Below, piece by piece: positions 13,309 to 26,251 of a stretch of DNA of 64,000 nt. How positions within the stretch are numbered: the first letter of the stretch is position 1; each line of letters opens with the position of its first letter. Origin of the DNA: Chlorokybus atmophyticus (taxonomy: Eukaryota > Plantae > Mesostigma and Chlorokybus algae); contig RHPI01002990.1 in the NCBI GenBank assembly GCA_009103225.1, forward strand, positions 700,767-764,766. The letters are read 5' to 3'. The translations under genes and the position numbers were made by a program. A model generated the notes under the pieces. It saw only the letters and a list, made by a program, of their open reading frames with translations, did no database searches and was not told where the DNA came from.

Positions 13309-13879
13309 GACCATGTGCATGTCGACTAACTGACTGCGCATGCAAACAAGTTTTGAGCATGTATGATACACCAGTACACAGACGGGTTGTCATGCTCACA
13401 AACAGTGAACTCGTCAACCATACCACTTCAGCCCGTTAGGTGCAATGCAAGCGGTGGACCATGCCTTGCATTACGCAGTGTGATGCAGAGGGTAAAGCGT
13501 CCTCACTTGCACAAATTCTTGATGCATGCTGCCTTCGCCGTGTACATGCATAGGAAGAACAGAGGGGCCATGGACTTGCGCGCAAGCGATCAGGTCATCA
13601 TAACCCAGCACCGAAGCCAACAACGTGAATAAAAAGGGGGTTGGACCCATGTGCGTGCACAAAGGCAGGGCGGGAGTGAAGGTAGACCCGTTGGCATGGC
13701 AGTGTTAAGTGCTGCAAGACTCCAAAGGACTGCAGCTTTGCGGTACCCTTAGCAATCAATGCTGCGTTTAAGCACATGTAGACTGATAATAGTTGTGCCA
13801 CGACGTTACATGTCATCGTGCTCAAAAACAAAGTGACGCACAAGTGGGCACTGGGCCATACGGTCATTGCTGTGGTACC

Positions 13880-14524
13880 ACCACGGTTTCCACTACACTA
13901 CTGCCACCTTGCTACTCGCGTTTGTAGTGCACGACTTGTTTGTGCGCATTGCTAAAAATAACTTTAAATCACACAAGTAGGTAGTGGGCATGCCCATGGG
14001 TAACAATGCAAGGGTGCACTGGGTTAACAACTGTCTCACATCTTTGGAGCTTGACTGGTTGAGGGCACAAGCCCTTGGACCCACGTCCGGTATTTATGCA
14101 GTATGCTTGTGCTGTTGTCCGCTACATTGACGAATTCTTCATGGCTGATTCCCCAATCTGTATAATTGTACTGTCACATGCGGACTGGCTCGCTAGGCTC
14201 TGGCTAGTGGCATGTATCTCGGTGATGTGCTAACCTTGGCTGCGACTCGGAGGGCATTCATGTGCCGTACTTGAACATGTTGATTTCTCTGACGCGGGAT
14301 ATAAAGGTGTGCACCAAGTTATACAGCAAACTTTGAGAGCTAGCTTGTATTATTGTGCACGTCAGATCAAGCTAACAATTGCCTCGCAAACTTTTAGATG
14401 CGCCTTTCTGCATGCAGGGCACATTTCCTCGAGGAGGTGGCCAATCTCCTCAACGACATGCAAGTCATGGATGGGGTACACGCGAATCCTGCTGTCAAGG
14501 CTGTATGGCGTGCTGTAGACCTGG
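13880..14524 (+). CDS. Possible exons of a hypothetical spliced gene or gene relic
   Basis: Short AG...GT-bounded open segments with protein-like content (YACAVVRYIDEFFMADSPI; CDSEGIHVPYLNMLISLTRDIK; AHFLEEVANLLNDMQVMDGVHANPAVKAVWRAVDL). No family recognised. Confidence 0.3.
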
Positions 14525-15644
14525 TTAGGTATTGTGTATGATTCCACATATGGGCATGTACTTCATGTCATTGTCTCAATGACATGCACGCTTGCCGCTG
14601 TTGCTACGGTAGCAGCAGCTCAAGTGTGCACTTGCTGTAAGCATATGCTTACAGCCAGCAGATATCTGATTTTGTCTTTGGAAATAACACACACTGAAAT
14701 TACATTCATTGGTCGGATGTAAAATTTCTTACATCCGACCCCCTAGAGGGTGTCGCAACATACACCAGCACATACTAGCACACGCAAACTCGTAGTTGCC
14801 AACTGCTAACCAAGCACAAGGTGCTAGCTAGCAACTATAAAGAATTAATTCCATTGCTTTGAGGCAGCAGATATTAGCCAAGGTCATTCGTTCTTTGTTT
14901 TCATCAATGGTCCTTCGCATGACAATATTGCGATTCACTCTACCATTTATTCGGCTGATGTATAAGCTAGGTCGCCGGGCTGAGCCCGGCGGCCAAAAGA
15001 AGTCGGTTACGATAACATAAGATTTTAACAGACAGGGTGTGCCACACCTATCAGTGACTGCTGTTAGTAGGATGGTTTCAAAGAGTCTTTGGGGGTATGG
15101 GGTGCCGTCCAACCTCGCACCAATGGATACGTGTTTTGTAAAACGCGTTTTGACAAGTAACTACATCGTTATCTGACAACGCGCGCGACATTGAACGCAT
15201 CGTTGTCGTTCGTCATTGCCGTGCCGCGCCAAAGATTCTTCGCGATTTTTACGCAGCACGCGGCAACTGCGTCTTCAACAACGCTACCCCCTGGTTTACC
15301 GTAAATTAAAATTGAACGTGACGTTCAATTTTAATTTATATTAATGCACTGCGGCGTAATGGGTGCGCTTTTTGTGTGTGGTACCAAATCAATACACTGA
15401 TGTCAAAGCAATTCACTTATTTTAAATACAACCAAAAACCGTTTCCTTCCATTGATGATGTTATCAAACACGGTCTTTTTCAGCGTTTTCAAGCGGTACA
15501 ATAGAAAAGGTTGTATAGGCTACTGTGAGAGGGGTAGGTTTAAACGGTGACGATTAATAGTGAGCGGATCAAGTAAGCGAATTCCATTTAATCGAACGAT
15601 TGAAGATTAAATGTAACTATTCCCTTATATGCATTTATATGCGG

Positions 15645-16149
15645 TATCACAGCCCACTCGACCAGAAAAGACTTTGTGCTTTTATGGTTGATTTGTGGTA
15701 ATTTGATGTACCTTCCCGTTACATTGCCCCCCACTCAAGAACGCTGACGTTCTCGGCAGCTGGCTCCCGTCAGCTGGGGAATCATCCCAGGGGTCTGATT
15801 AGGGTCGATCACCGGCCCCACCGCCCAAGGACCGGCCAATCTAGGCCCATACCGGTCAACGCGCACATAGCTCACCGCTGCCGAGCCCCCAGGTCGCATC
15901 GCGACAGGCAGGTCGCGTCCTGCCGACTGAACGCCTGCCATTAGGCAAGTCGCGACCCATCGATGATGGCACTTATGGCCATTTACAATGTTATTGGATC
16001 GAGAAACAACGATCGCGGAACTCGTGTGTAAGGCAAGAGTCGAACCCGAGTCTCAAGCTCCGATGACTTATGTCACAGCCCACTCGACCACAAAAGACTT
16101 TGTACTTTTATGGTCGATTTGTGGTAACTTAATGTACCTTTTCAATACA
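15645..16149 (-). mobile_element. TRIM (terminal-repeat retrotransposon in miniature), copy 1
   Basis: 79 bp direct LTRs at 15645-15723 and 16071-16149 with TG..CA-type ends. 5 bp TSD TGCGG on both sides (15640-15644, 16150-16154). On the minus strand a PPT GAGTGGGGGCAA precedes TGTAAC. The internal region is non-coding. Confidence 0.92.
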
Positions 16150-18879
16150 TGCGGCCATATGTGTATTGCACAATCATCTGCTACTATATTTCACCATATA
16201 TTAACTGTCATAAAGTATCCTTTAGACTTATCCAACCGAACAAGATGCCGTCACATATGGCCATTGCACATGGTGTGCGTACTGTGCTCATCATTGTCAT
16301 TTATTGGCACATATTTGAGCTAATGCGTGATGTGGAGATATAAATTGGACGGCCATGATCTTGTCTTTGGTAGATCCAAAGGTTCAACGTTGGTACTTGC
16401 CGCCCAGCCAATGAGAGGCAGTAGGTCGCGCAATACCGCGCAGCCCGGCAGTCGCGGGTGCTATGTGTGATGGCCCATCACTGATGGCCCATCGCGCGTG
16501 TGAATTGTGTAAGTGACCTTGCTGCCAGCGGACCAAACAGCCGCACCACTAGTTGTGAATTAAGACCTTTCAATACTTCAAGTGCATTGATTGGTTTGGC
16601 ATTATTACAAAAAAACGTTCGTATATGCGATTCATTGTCAAATAATAATGGATAGTTGACAACATTTGTAAAATAGTGCAATCACAATATTGCATATTTG
16701 AATTTGTCGTCAGTGAGGTTGTCTACAATCAAACTACTACGACACTTGGTCAGTGATGCCATGCTAACGGTTGAAGGTGTGGTGTCAACATCTTACGCAA
16801 TGAAGCAAAAAATCGCAAAAACAGCGATTTTTGTGGTAAATGCGAAGCTATGGACAAAAGAATGTGGATTGCTAAAATCAAGGTTGTAACGGCAATAATA
16901 GGGGTATAAAGAGTAATGCCGCTGCCTATAACAGTGCTGCCGCCGATGATGATCAATGGACATCAGCCCCCGCCGCCACATTTTTTGCGATGTAGCTTTG
17001 TATATGTGTCACATACATATAAAGTTGTGGTAGATAGTATCCGCTTCCTCACAACAATATTGATGCAGTGCAAAATAGCCATTACGATGTAATATACGTG
17101 TACTTCTCGTGTGATGCATCACCGACCATAAGTTTCATGACATAAATATGCAACGGGCATGTAAAATAATGCTCCCTATTAGTGATGATATGGATTCACA
17201 CACCTGTAATTATTAGTGCATATACCAAATATACTGGTCGATGACAAAAAAAACTCTACTCTGCAATTCGCAAGTGTATCAGTCTACACAATGTGGCGGG
17301 CGATCCATTCAGTAATGCAATGCAACCCTCGCTGCATCCTTAAATTACTCTCTATCATAGATCAGCTTAATAAACTACCTCTGACTTTTTATCAAAAATA
17401 GTAGTTTAGTATTGATGGGTCCCACCTAGCTGCCTTCTTCTCCCTATGTACTAGTATAGTGATAGTAGTTTTAGGTAAGCACTTACTGCAGCCAACGCTA
17501 TAGTAAACACTCCACGTAGCATACCCGAACAAATTGGGGGCAGCTAATAGGTGGAAGATGGACGGTAAAGAATAAAGGGTAGACGATGCAATATAGCAAT
17601 ATACAACTACTTTTGTGCGGTGCACAATGTGCACTATATGCATATGGCCTAACCAGAACACAGATAAACAAAGTAGTAACTTAGCTGCTTGCAGATTAGA
17701 CCGACGTTGAGATACCGTATGTATAAATGGGATGCAATGTTTCAGAAGTTAAAAATACAAGCTTGTACCGAATAAGGAATTTGCCACCTAGTAATGTGTG
17801 AAAGAAGGTTCACCGCCGCCATCGAGCAGATCATTTGAAGCAGAGACCGCGTACATCATGGTGGGAAGCTCGGCAAGCAGCATGATATGCGGAGCAAGGA
17901 AGGAAGAGCCGGAAGCTTCGGACGAGCACCATGATGATGCTGGCTTGTAAAGATCTTTAAGATAAAGTCACTTTAGCAAGTTGTTATAGATCCAATCCAC
18001 CAAACACTGTTGGACTAGTTAAACTAGTTGCTCAGCAACTAGGCTTGCCGGTGATACAAGTTTAATGTGTTGTACAAGGTATAAGTTGTGTGGTGACACA
18101 ATGGAGCGGTTACATCGCAACTACAACAAGCACACGTCATGCAAACCAGGCAGAAGATGAGCATTTCAGCTACAATATAGGAGCTTACAAGGCATATGTG
18201 CTCTATGTGCATTATGTGCTCCAAGTGCAAGTGGGGTAGGGCAGTAGACAACAGTGGCAAGTACCAAGCTTGTAACAATCCAATCAATACTGAGAATTGC
18301 AATCAACCAACCTGCAAGCACAGGGGCTATGTCACGACCGGGAGAGAGTGTAGCTGTAACGAGTGTCTTTTGTTAGCACTTGGGTTGTTCATGCCAATGA
18401 GCAACAATGTTTGCAAAAGCGTGCATGCGCATGTCATACAGTAAGGCTAATAATTGTGCCTTTAGCAAGTGCATGAGGTTGCCAGATAATGCTTGGTATA
18501 TTGCTTTACATTAATGAAGCAATAGCAGCTTGCTAATCATTGCAATAGTGACAACGTCGAAGTCGCCAGCGACGGCGAGAGCTGCAGCGACAGCGACAGC
18601 GATAGCGACAGCTAGGGTTATCGCTCCGCCAGACGGCAGTCACGCGTCATACGACAGTCACGTGAGACTGCCGACAGATCAACGGTGTAAACAGGCCCGT
18701 AACATAGGGCGTAAGATCTGACGGTCAGAAAGGCCCCAAAGCAGACGTGTGCGATGTTGCACATATTGTGGGCTTGAGCTTAGCTATTTCAAGCGGGAAG
18801 CTTGAGGTACAGCTTGGTGTGTGTGTGTATAGGCTAAGCACATCAAGCATGGGCACATGGGTTGGGAGTTGCAATTCCC

Positions 18880-19230
18880 ACAAGCTATGTGCAACGGAGG
18901 TTTCACAATGACGAGGCATTATTAACCGAACACATGCCCAACATCATGAGAGGTAGGTTGATCGCCACACGCCATTGCATTTGTGGTCCAAACGTCGCAC
19001 CATAGAGTGATAGCTCCCTTGCAAGAGTCAAAGAGTGAGTAAAATTGGTTGCAAATCAAACCTTGTGAAACATTTTTGACCAACTTGTATATAAGTGAGC
19101 AAGCGCTCACTGGTCAAGCAAGCAAGCTTGATGCATTCAAGCGATTGTACAGGTGCGTGTGCATCCTAGGGAAGGCTCTACAAATGGGGTGTTTGGGAAG
19201 ATCATTAAAGGGGGTGCCAAGACAAGAAGG
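18880..19230 (-). mobile_element. Probable decayed hAT (DUF659-like) transposase fragment
   Basis: Frameshifted segments GTPFNDLPKHPICRAF and KGAITLWCDVWTTN resemble the hAT GIPFN and GCTLMSDGWTD motifs. Several stops; AT-rich context. Confidence 0.3.
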
Positions 19231-20744
19231 CTACAAGGTTTCAACAAGATACTTGCTGTACTCGGAGTAAATTGCTATTATTGTTGTAACACGCTTGTGA
19301 TCTTGCACAAGTTCGGAGTGACTTGTTGTAAGCTAGTGTGAGTCTTAAGTCTTGTGATGTGCAAAGAGTGCAACACAAGTGTAAGGACATAAGAATTGCA
19401 CAAGTTGAGAGTGACTTGTGTGTAAGCTAATGTGCAAGTATTGTGTCATAGCAAAAGTGCTATACACAATTGCAATGCAAATTACGCTGTCGTCACCCAC
19501 GTGTCATATAAGCATATCTAGCTTTGGCCGGCGTCACAGTAGCACAGCAGCAATAAGGCAGCAACAGAGCAGGGGCATGTAGAGGTTAGCAAGGCGGCAG
19601 TGCTGTGCGATGCTTTCAAAGCAAGTTGCAAGTGACTGCCGTTGCCGCCGCCATATCTTCATATAATTGGTCCTTGGAATGGACTGTAGGACTTGCTGAG
19701 AACGTAAAGCAGCAAACGACTCCAGGCTATCTTTGCCGACTCAACATGCAAGCCAGGCAGAAGATGAGCACTTCAGTTACAATGTATATGAGCTTGCAAG
19801 ACTATATGCTTTATGTGCACGATGCAGCAAACGACTTCTAGCTCTTCTTGCCGACTCTCAACATGGCAACATGCAACATGGTTGCTGTTAGCGGTTATTA
19901 AGCAACCAGCACATGCAGTCCCAACATTAATTGTATGAAAGCAGACCAAGTGCTCCCCTCGCAATCACACATGCAACTCACTTAAACTACCAGGATATAA
20001 AACGCGCCGCGGGCTGGACTCATCCCACATCGTGGCATCGTGGCATTGCTAGCTCACACGACTTGCAGCATCAGGCTTCCTCGCTAATATAAAAGCAGAG
20101 GCATGCAATCAGCTACAAGTTACGTATTATTGTTCGAGTGCATTCATCGCAGCGTCTTTGCAATTGGTAGCTACCGCGTAACAGCACTTGAACGGCCATT
20201 GCGCACTCGTGTGGCTGCTGACAACGTCAGCGCATGTGCAAAGCATCCCCAATACCCTCTCTTCACCTACTTTGCACCTACACTGTCCTTAAGATGGCAA
20301 ATCGATTTGCATTACGCTCAGCGGCAGCTCGATGGCAATTTGTGAAAGGCTGACTGCGTTTTGTACCCTTTCACCGCGTCGACGCGAGTATGAATGGTGG
20401 TTGTGAGCTGGAAGCCATGTGGGTGTAATATACAGCACAAGCGTAAGCGCATCTAACGACTCATCACCTAGAGCGAGTGAGCGCAATGGCATGCCTTACG
20501 GACGTTTCACACCCGCCATCCGTCTCCGCTGCTAAGCTCAAGGCAATATCATGAAGTTGCCGCCTACGGTAGGCTGCAACTCCATGATGTTGCTTAGAGT
20601 CGAAATGCTGATACAACACAACACACAAGGATATGTATTGCAACGAGAGAAGCTCTCGTGCTGGTATTGTCTCGCTTTGCTCAGCTCTTTCAGAGCGCTA
20701 AACAGTGCAACGAACATAAGCTAGTATGGAATTTACAATATATA

Positions 20745-21950
20745 CTATACAATGCCGTTTGCCGTGCTGCATGCGGCTGACTGAAATATTAAAAGTGTCT
20801 CGCTTGACATGTACAGTGATGGTTGGGAGAAATTAAGAAACCAATGAACCACTGACTTAGCGCCGCGGCGACCGCGCCTGCGACTAATGAGGTCCACACA
20901 AAAGGTCGCCAACGCTTCCGCTTCTTCATACGGGCCTCGGACGACAGTATCATGTTGTCGACCATCTTGTACAGAATGTGCCATTCCTTTCACAAAAAAC
21001 GCTCTCAGAATGTTTCTCCAATAGGAACGTCGCCACTCCATCATACTTGACATCAGCGGAGAAGGTCATGTTTAACATGTTCAAAGAAGTTTCTTTGCTA
21101 TGGCGATCTTACAATCGTGGTCGATGTTGCGAGTGGCCAGAATCAACTCGAGTACCTGTTTACCAACCAACGTCCTCGCAATAGCGGGATGTTCCACTGA
21201 GTTTGCAGGCTGCTGGATGCGTTGCTGAATACTGTGGCTGTAACCTCTAGTCAACCAGGCTTGGATGAGGCTGACCACGCCGTCATTTACGATGCCAGCG
21301 TAGAAGGTTATGTAAAATATTATATTAAACTTGCAGCCACCGTCGATATTGAGGCTGTTTAAGAGACTTCCAACCAAGTCCGTGTTTACCAAGACTTGGG
21401 CAACGCTGGGTAGCTTCGCTTGGTTCACAATGTGCCTGATGTACTCCCGAAAGTTGTTGTTGTCACTTCCGGTTTGCACCCGGTTGCGACTGATGGCGAT
21501 CACGTGTTCATTTACGACACCAGCATAGCAGGTCAGGGCGCATGCTATGTCGAACTTCGTGCTGTCGCTAATGTCGGGAAAAGTCAACCACTCCTCCTCA
21601 AATAATGTTGTCGCTATGCTAGGGTCGCACCTCATCAAGTGCACCACTTTCTTATGAATGATCTGCCACAACAGTGGGTTCTAACCTGGCGGCTCTGCCA
21701 TCGCAACAAGATTTGCCACGCCCGCAAATCCCGTCATCTGCCCTCCTTCTGTCGCTGCCATGCTTGCAAGCTGCGGGTCAATCCAATAAGGATTGGTCAT
21801 TTGTATCACAGACTGCAACAGAGACACATGTGCAAGCGACACTCACCATCTGAGGCGCATTTCCATGTCTTTCAACATGTGCAAAGCAGCGTCATAATGC
21901 TCGTGCTCGACTATGTTGTCGTGCTTAAGCGCATGTACGTGTGCAGTCGC
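20745..21950 (-). pseudogene. Disrupted gene for a helical-repeat-like hypothetical protein; likely 3' part of a gene split by the 21979-38621 insertion
   Basis: The 196-aa ORF at 21081-21671 has an internal repeat (KFDIACALTCYAGVVNEHVI / KFNIIFYITFYAGIVNDGVV) and continues in another frame at 20745-21053. An exon-like segment HVHALKHDNIVEHEHYDAALHMLKDMEMRLR with a GTGAGT donor lies just left of the insertion. Confidence 0.4.
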
Positions 21951-23279
21951 AGCAGGCTAAGAATTGTTATCTGGTGATGTCGCAAAATGTTTCCCCTGCC
22001 GGCCGACCGAATGTTGGCAACGGCCGTGAACCTGAGGATACTCATTTAGACTGTCAACCTTAAGTCTACCGGCGATCTCGATACAGGGACCTGAGCATAA
22101 CGGCCGTCACCATCAGTTGGCGGCCGTCTGCATAAAGGGACTGACCCTTAATTAAAAGGTACCTGTCAGGTACTCAACAGTTAGGCAAAGGGGACTTGAC
22201 CTAACTAACAGGTAACCGACGGGTACCTATCAGTTAGGTACCGGCGACTGTACGCTAACTGAGCGAAATTGTCAGGTACTTTAAGGTACCTACCGTTAAC
22301 GATGTGTACTTGCAAAGGTACCTGCTGGTACAGCTCAGTTGTGATTAGGTGTCACACGTGATTGTCATCATCAGTTGTGCAAGGATGCGTGACAAATAAT
22401 TAAAAACATAAAATAAATAAGTTACAATGTAATATACTGAGCTACTACTACTACTGCTAGTACAACCAGACTACCACTACTGCTACCACTACCTTAGGTA
22501 CTACTACTAGTACTACCCTTGTACTGAGCTGCGGCTCCTGCACCGCCCGCTCCAGCTTCGCCGCCGCCGTTCCTTCTCCGCCGCCGCTGCCGCCGCCTGG
22601 CCTGGCCTGGCCGCCCTAAGGCAAGGAGGGTGGTTAGATGGCATGCGGTGTTGCGCGTAGTACAACGTCAAACCGCAACCAAGTTCACATACTGTCCGCC
22701 GTTGCCGCCGCCGCCCACAACGCTCTGTTCAACTTGAAGCCGTTGAGCGTTTAAATAACTTGGGCAGCCCAAGTTATTCAAACGTGTTGTCGAAACGTGA
22801 CTCGCAACGACATTATCGTATTATTATATTATAATGGTACGAAAGTATTAGTTTGGTACAATAGTGCCATTGCGACAATGGCAGTGTTCGTAACATTGAC
22901 ATGGTACGGCGGCTGCATTGTACCAGCGTCGCGACTTGCCGGCCGGTACCACCGTCCCGACTTGCCGACCTTTAGGGATCGGCGGTCACTTGCTTATCAT
23001 ACTTGACACACAATAAGTAGGTCGGCGCCGCGTCAAGTGCACGACCGGCGATCGGCCGTCACTTAACAAACGCGGTAAGGTCATCTGATAGGGACCAATG
23101 GTGACTGGCTTGCCAAAGTAGGCAGGCCGTCGCGCATACTTTTCGACGGTCTAGGTACGACCAACGGTCGGTCGTCAATGTATGTGACTAAAATGTGACT
23201 TATCTGCTATACATAGGTCGCCATTGTCGCGCAAATGGGACGACCGACAATCGGCCGTCACCTTAAAGTGCGGTGTTGC

Positions 23280-23801
23280 TGTCACAGCCCACTTGACCAT
23301 AAAAGACTTGGTGCTTTTATGGTCGATTTGTGGTAATTTAATGTACCTTCCCGTTACATTCCCCCCCACTTAAGAACGCTGACGTCCTCGGCAGCTGGCT
23401 CCCATCAGCTGGGGAATCATCCTAGGGGTCTGATTAGGGTCGGTCACCGGCCCCACCGCCCAAGGACCGGCCAATTTAGGCCCATGCCGATCAACGCGCG
23501 CACAGCGCACCGCTGCCGGCCCCACAGGTCGCATCGCGACACGCAGGTCGCGTCTTGCCGCGCCGGCTGAACGCCGGCGCCACCGCTATTAAGCAAGTCG
23601 CGGCTCATCGATAATGGCACTTATGAAGTGATCATTTACGATGTTACTGGATTGAGAAACAACGACCGCGGAATTCGTGTGCAAGGCAGGAATCGAACCC
23701 GGGTCTCAAGCTCCGATGACCACTGTCACAGACCACTCGACCATAAAAGACTAGGTTCTTTTATGGTCGATTTGTAGTAATCTATGTACCTTCCCGCTAC
23801 A
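23280..23801 (-). mobile_element. TRIM, copy 2
   Basis: LTRs at 23280-23358 and 23724-23801; 5 bp TSD GTTGC (23275-23279, 23802-23806). On the minus strand, PBS-like GTGGTCATCGGAGC follows the 5' LTR and PPT AAGTGGGGGGGAA precedes the 3' LTR. The internal region is homologous to copy 1. Confidence 0.93.
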
Positions 23802-23818
23802 GTTGCCGTCACAGGCAG

Positions 23819-25157
23819 TGTTACGGCCTAGCTACTATAGCTGGTCATGTACAGTGTATATATAAGTTTAATTAGCGAAAGACAAAAGTTTAATGAACCT
23901 TGGTTGGATTATCTTGGTTTGTTACACAAGCTTTGAATGTGTTTGTGTTTGAGCTTTAACACAAGTGCAATGCATCGCTAATTATAGGCCTGGCTAGTTA
24001 GAGCATTTGCATGCATCTAATTAGAAGTGGTTGACTAGGAATTACCATATTCATGAATGTATGGGCGTCTTGAGTAGGAAGATAAAAGCACATGGCTTTA
24101 GTATAATGATTTATTAACGCGATGTGGGCTTATGGGGCCAATCGCGTGAAACATCATCAGAAAAAGCATGTGTAATTATAAGGTTCATTTAGGCCAATCC
24201 AAGGCGGCTTATTTGGATCAGATGAATAGAGCAAAGTAGCCTACCTTAGGGTGAACAAAAAGGACTTCGCGAAATGAGTTCGCGAAGGGGTTGATTCACC
24301 TGCGAAGTGAATCAACGTAGTGAACTAAAATAGTTCACTAGTTCAGTTACGAACATGAACTAAAATAGTTCACTAGTTCAGTTACGAACATGAACTAAAA
24401 TAATTCACTAGGGGTTCGTAAGTGAACTAACATAGTTCACTGGTTCAATTACGAACATGAACTAAAGTAGTTCACTAAGGGTTCGAAGTGAACTAAGTGA
24501 ATCAAGTGAATCACCCTAATATGAGGGGAATAATAGAACAGGGAGCCAAAAGTGAATCACTGGTGAACTAAGTTAGTTTACCAGTAAAGTGATTCATAAA
24601 GCCGACAAGGTAGTGAACTAAAGTTGATTCACTAGTGAATCAACTATTAGATCACTTCGCGACGCGACGTCGCGACAAAAAATCGGCTAAGGCATTTGCC
24701 CCCTCCCGCGTGTGCCGATACGCAGCGCATGGCAGCGCCGTCTGCCATGGCCGCAAGCACAAAAATCGCGGATTCGCATTATTGGTCACTTTGCAGAATG
24801 CCAGTGAACTAATGCCGGGTGAACTAAACTAATCACTTGGGTGAGTGAATGGGGATCTGGTAGAGGGCTTTGAACCAAGTAGGTCTTAGCTAAGATAGTT
24901 CCTAGTAAAGCTCATGGCGATGGATTTCGCCATAAAAAAAGAGCCAGTCGCGTGTGGAGGGTAGCCGCCGCACGACTTGAGCTCGGGGCTTTTGGGGCTA
25001 AGGTAGGGGTACCTAAGCTAGGTGACCATAACCCTTGAATTACCAAGTAGTTGTTCATTCAACGAAAGGTGATTAAGGGAGTGTACAGTTACTACATGTA
25101 AAGTGTGTGATCACTGTACATAGTTTTGGTGATAATTTACCCCCGCACGGCGTAACA
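23819..25157 (+). repeat. 5' LTR
   Basis: Near-identical to 37109-38438: about 28 substitutions and one 9 bp indel counted by eye. Confidence 0.97.
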
Positions 25158-25246
25158 GCTGGCCTCGGAGCTTGGACATACGATTTTGAACCACTCAGGC
25201 CGTGGTTTGGGGCCACTTTGATTCGAAAATTCGCGCTTCCGAAGTG

Positions 25247-25689
25247 CATGCCGAAACAACGCCGGATTGGAAATTATCACAAGTGGCGTGAGACTTTTAA
25301 TAGTAGCGCCAGTGAAGAGGATTACCGCGAATTAGAAGCCTATTTCGAAGAAAAAAGGCTAGTCGCGGCAATGGCGGAACAGGCGGAAACTTCGAGTCCA
25401 CCGATTCCCCAGCTAGGGAAAAAGATGGAACGAAGAATAGCCAAGTTGTCGCCAAAATACAAGAAAATAGCCTTGGCTTGTTGCAAAGAGGGCAAAAAGG
25501 CCAAGCCAGGCATCTTGAGGCTGGTGAAGAACCTCGAGAAGAATGAGGAGGAGCTCACGCGCCTCCGTGTCCTTGGGGAGCAGAAAATGAAAGAACTCGA
25601 GGACAAAATAGACTCAGTCCAAGTAGGACCAAGTACCAAGTTTCTAAAAATTCCCCCGGCATGGACAGGCAAAAAAGGGGAGGATATAC
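25247..25689 (+). pseudogene. Gypsy gag N-terminal part, interrupted by the Plavaka insertion
   Basis: The ORF ends KFLKIPPAWTGKKGEDIR at the insertion and resumes after 32357 as STLVDAWWNQVEVTL. Confidence 0.8.
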
Positions 25690-26251
25690 GTCGCAAATTT
25701 TACACGGTGACTGACTAAGGACTGAGGGACTGACTGGTGCCTGAGCCTGCCTGAGCCTGCCTGTTGCTGCCTGAAATATTACTTTTGGACTGTTGGGTTT
25801 GCCGTTGGCTTAAGTGGACTGACGCAGACGGCCGCGGGCCGAAAGTGGTTGTCAGTGGCACTAACCGGCCGAGAGTTGTCAACCAGTTACCCTTTGGTCG
25901 ATGTGCACAGACGGCCGTTGACCGGTAGTTACGGACAGCTGACAGCAATAGCCGGCAGTTTCTTTGCCGTTACACTGCTGTTAATATGTGACCCTTGCCA
26001 TTTGACAAAAGTTGGCAATTCTTGCCGTAAGCCAACACTAACATGCCATGCAGCTTGTACAAACCTTGGACTGATTGTTTGGTCTTGCACCTAAAAGCCC
26101 ACAATATATACAATGTACGGGCAGTGGTGAGAGTATGTCCACTTACAACTGAGCAGCCGACTTGCGCATGAAACTATCCTATAACATTGAGTCTAGCTGT
26201 CGGACTCATGCGCAGCTTGTCAACCCGTGGTGCCTGCCTCAGAACTCCTCC

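Noticed and set aside
13471-13662. Possible LINE RT fragment (GPTPFLFTLLASVLGYDDL)
   Set aside because: Spacing between the PxxF and YxDD-like motifs is too short and there are no flanking RT motifs.
14711-14746. Hairpin ggtcggatgtaa/ttacatccgacc followed by CTAG as a Helitron 3' end
   Set aside because: The hairpin-CTAG distance is only 2 nt, the next base is A rather than T, and no 5' end was found.
16150-17700. AT-rich stretch with broken ORFs as a viral insert
   Set aside because: No viral hallmark motif recognised; more consistent with old decayed TE DNA.
24310-24640. CRISPR-like array
   Set aside because: The units are tandem without unique spacers, sit inside a eukaryotic LTR, and there are no cas genes.
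24635-24832. 65-aa ORF repeated at 37916-38113
   Set aside because: It lies within the LTRs and is duplicated only because the LTR is; no protein features.
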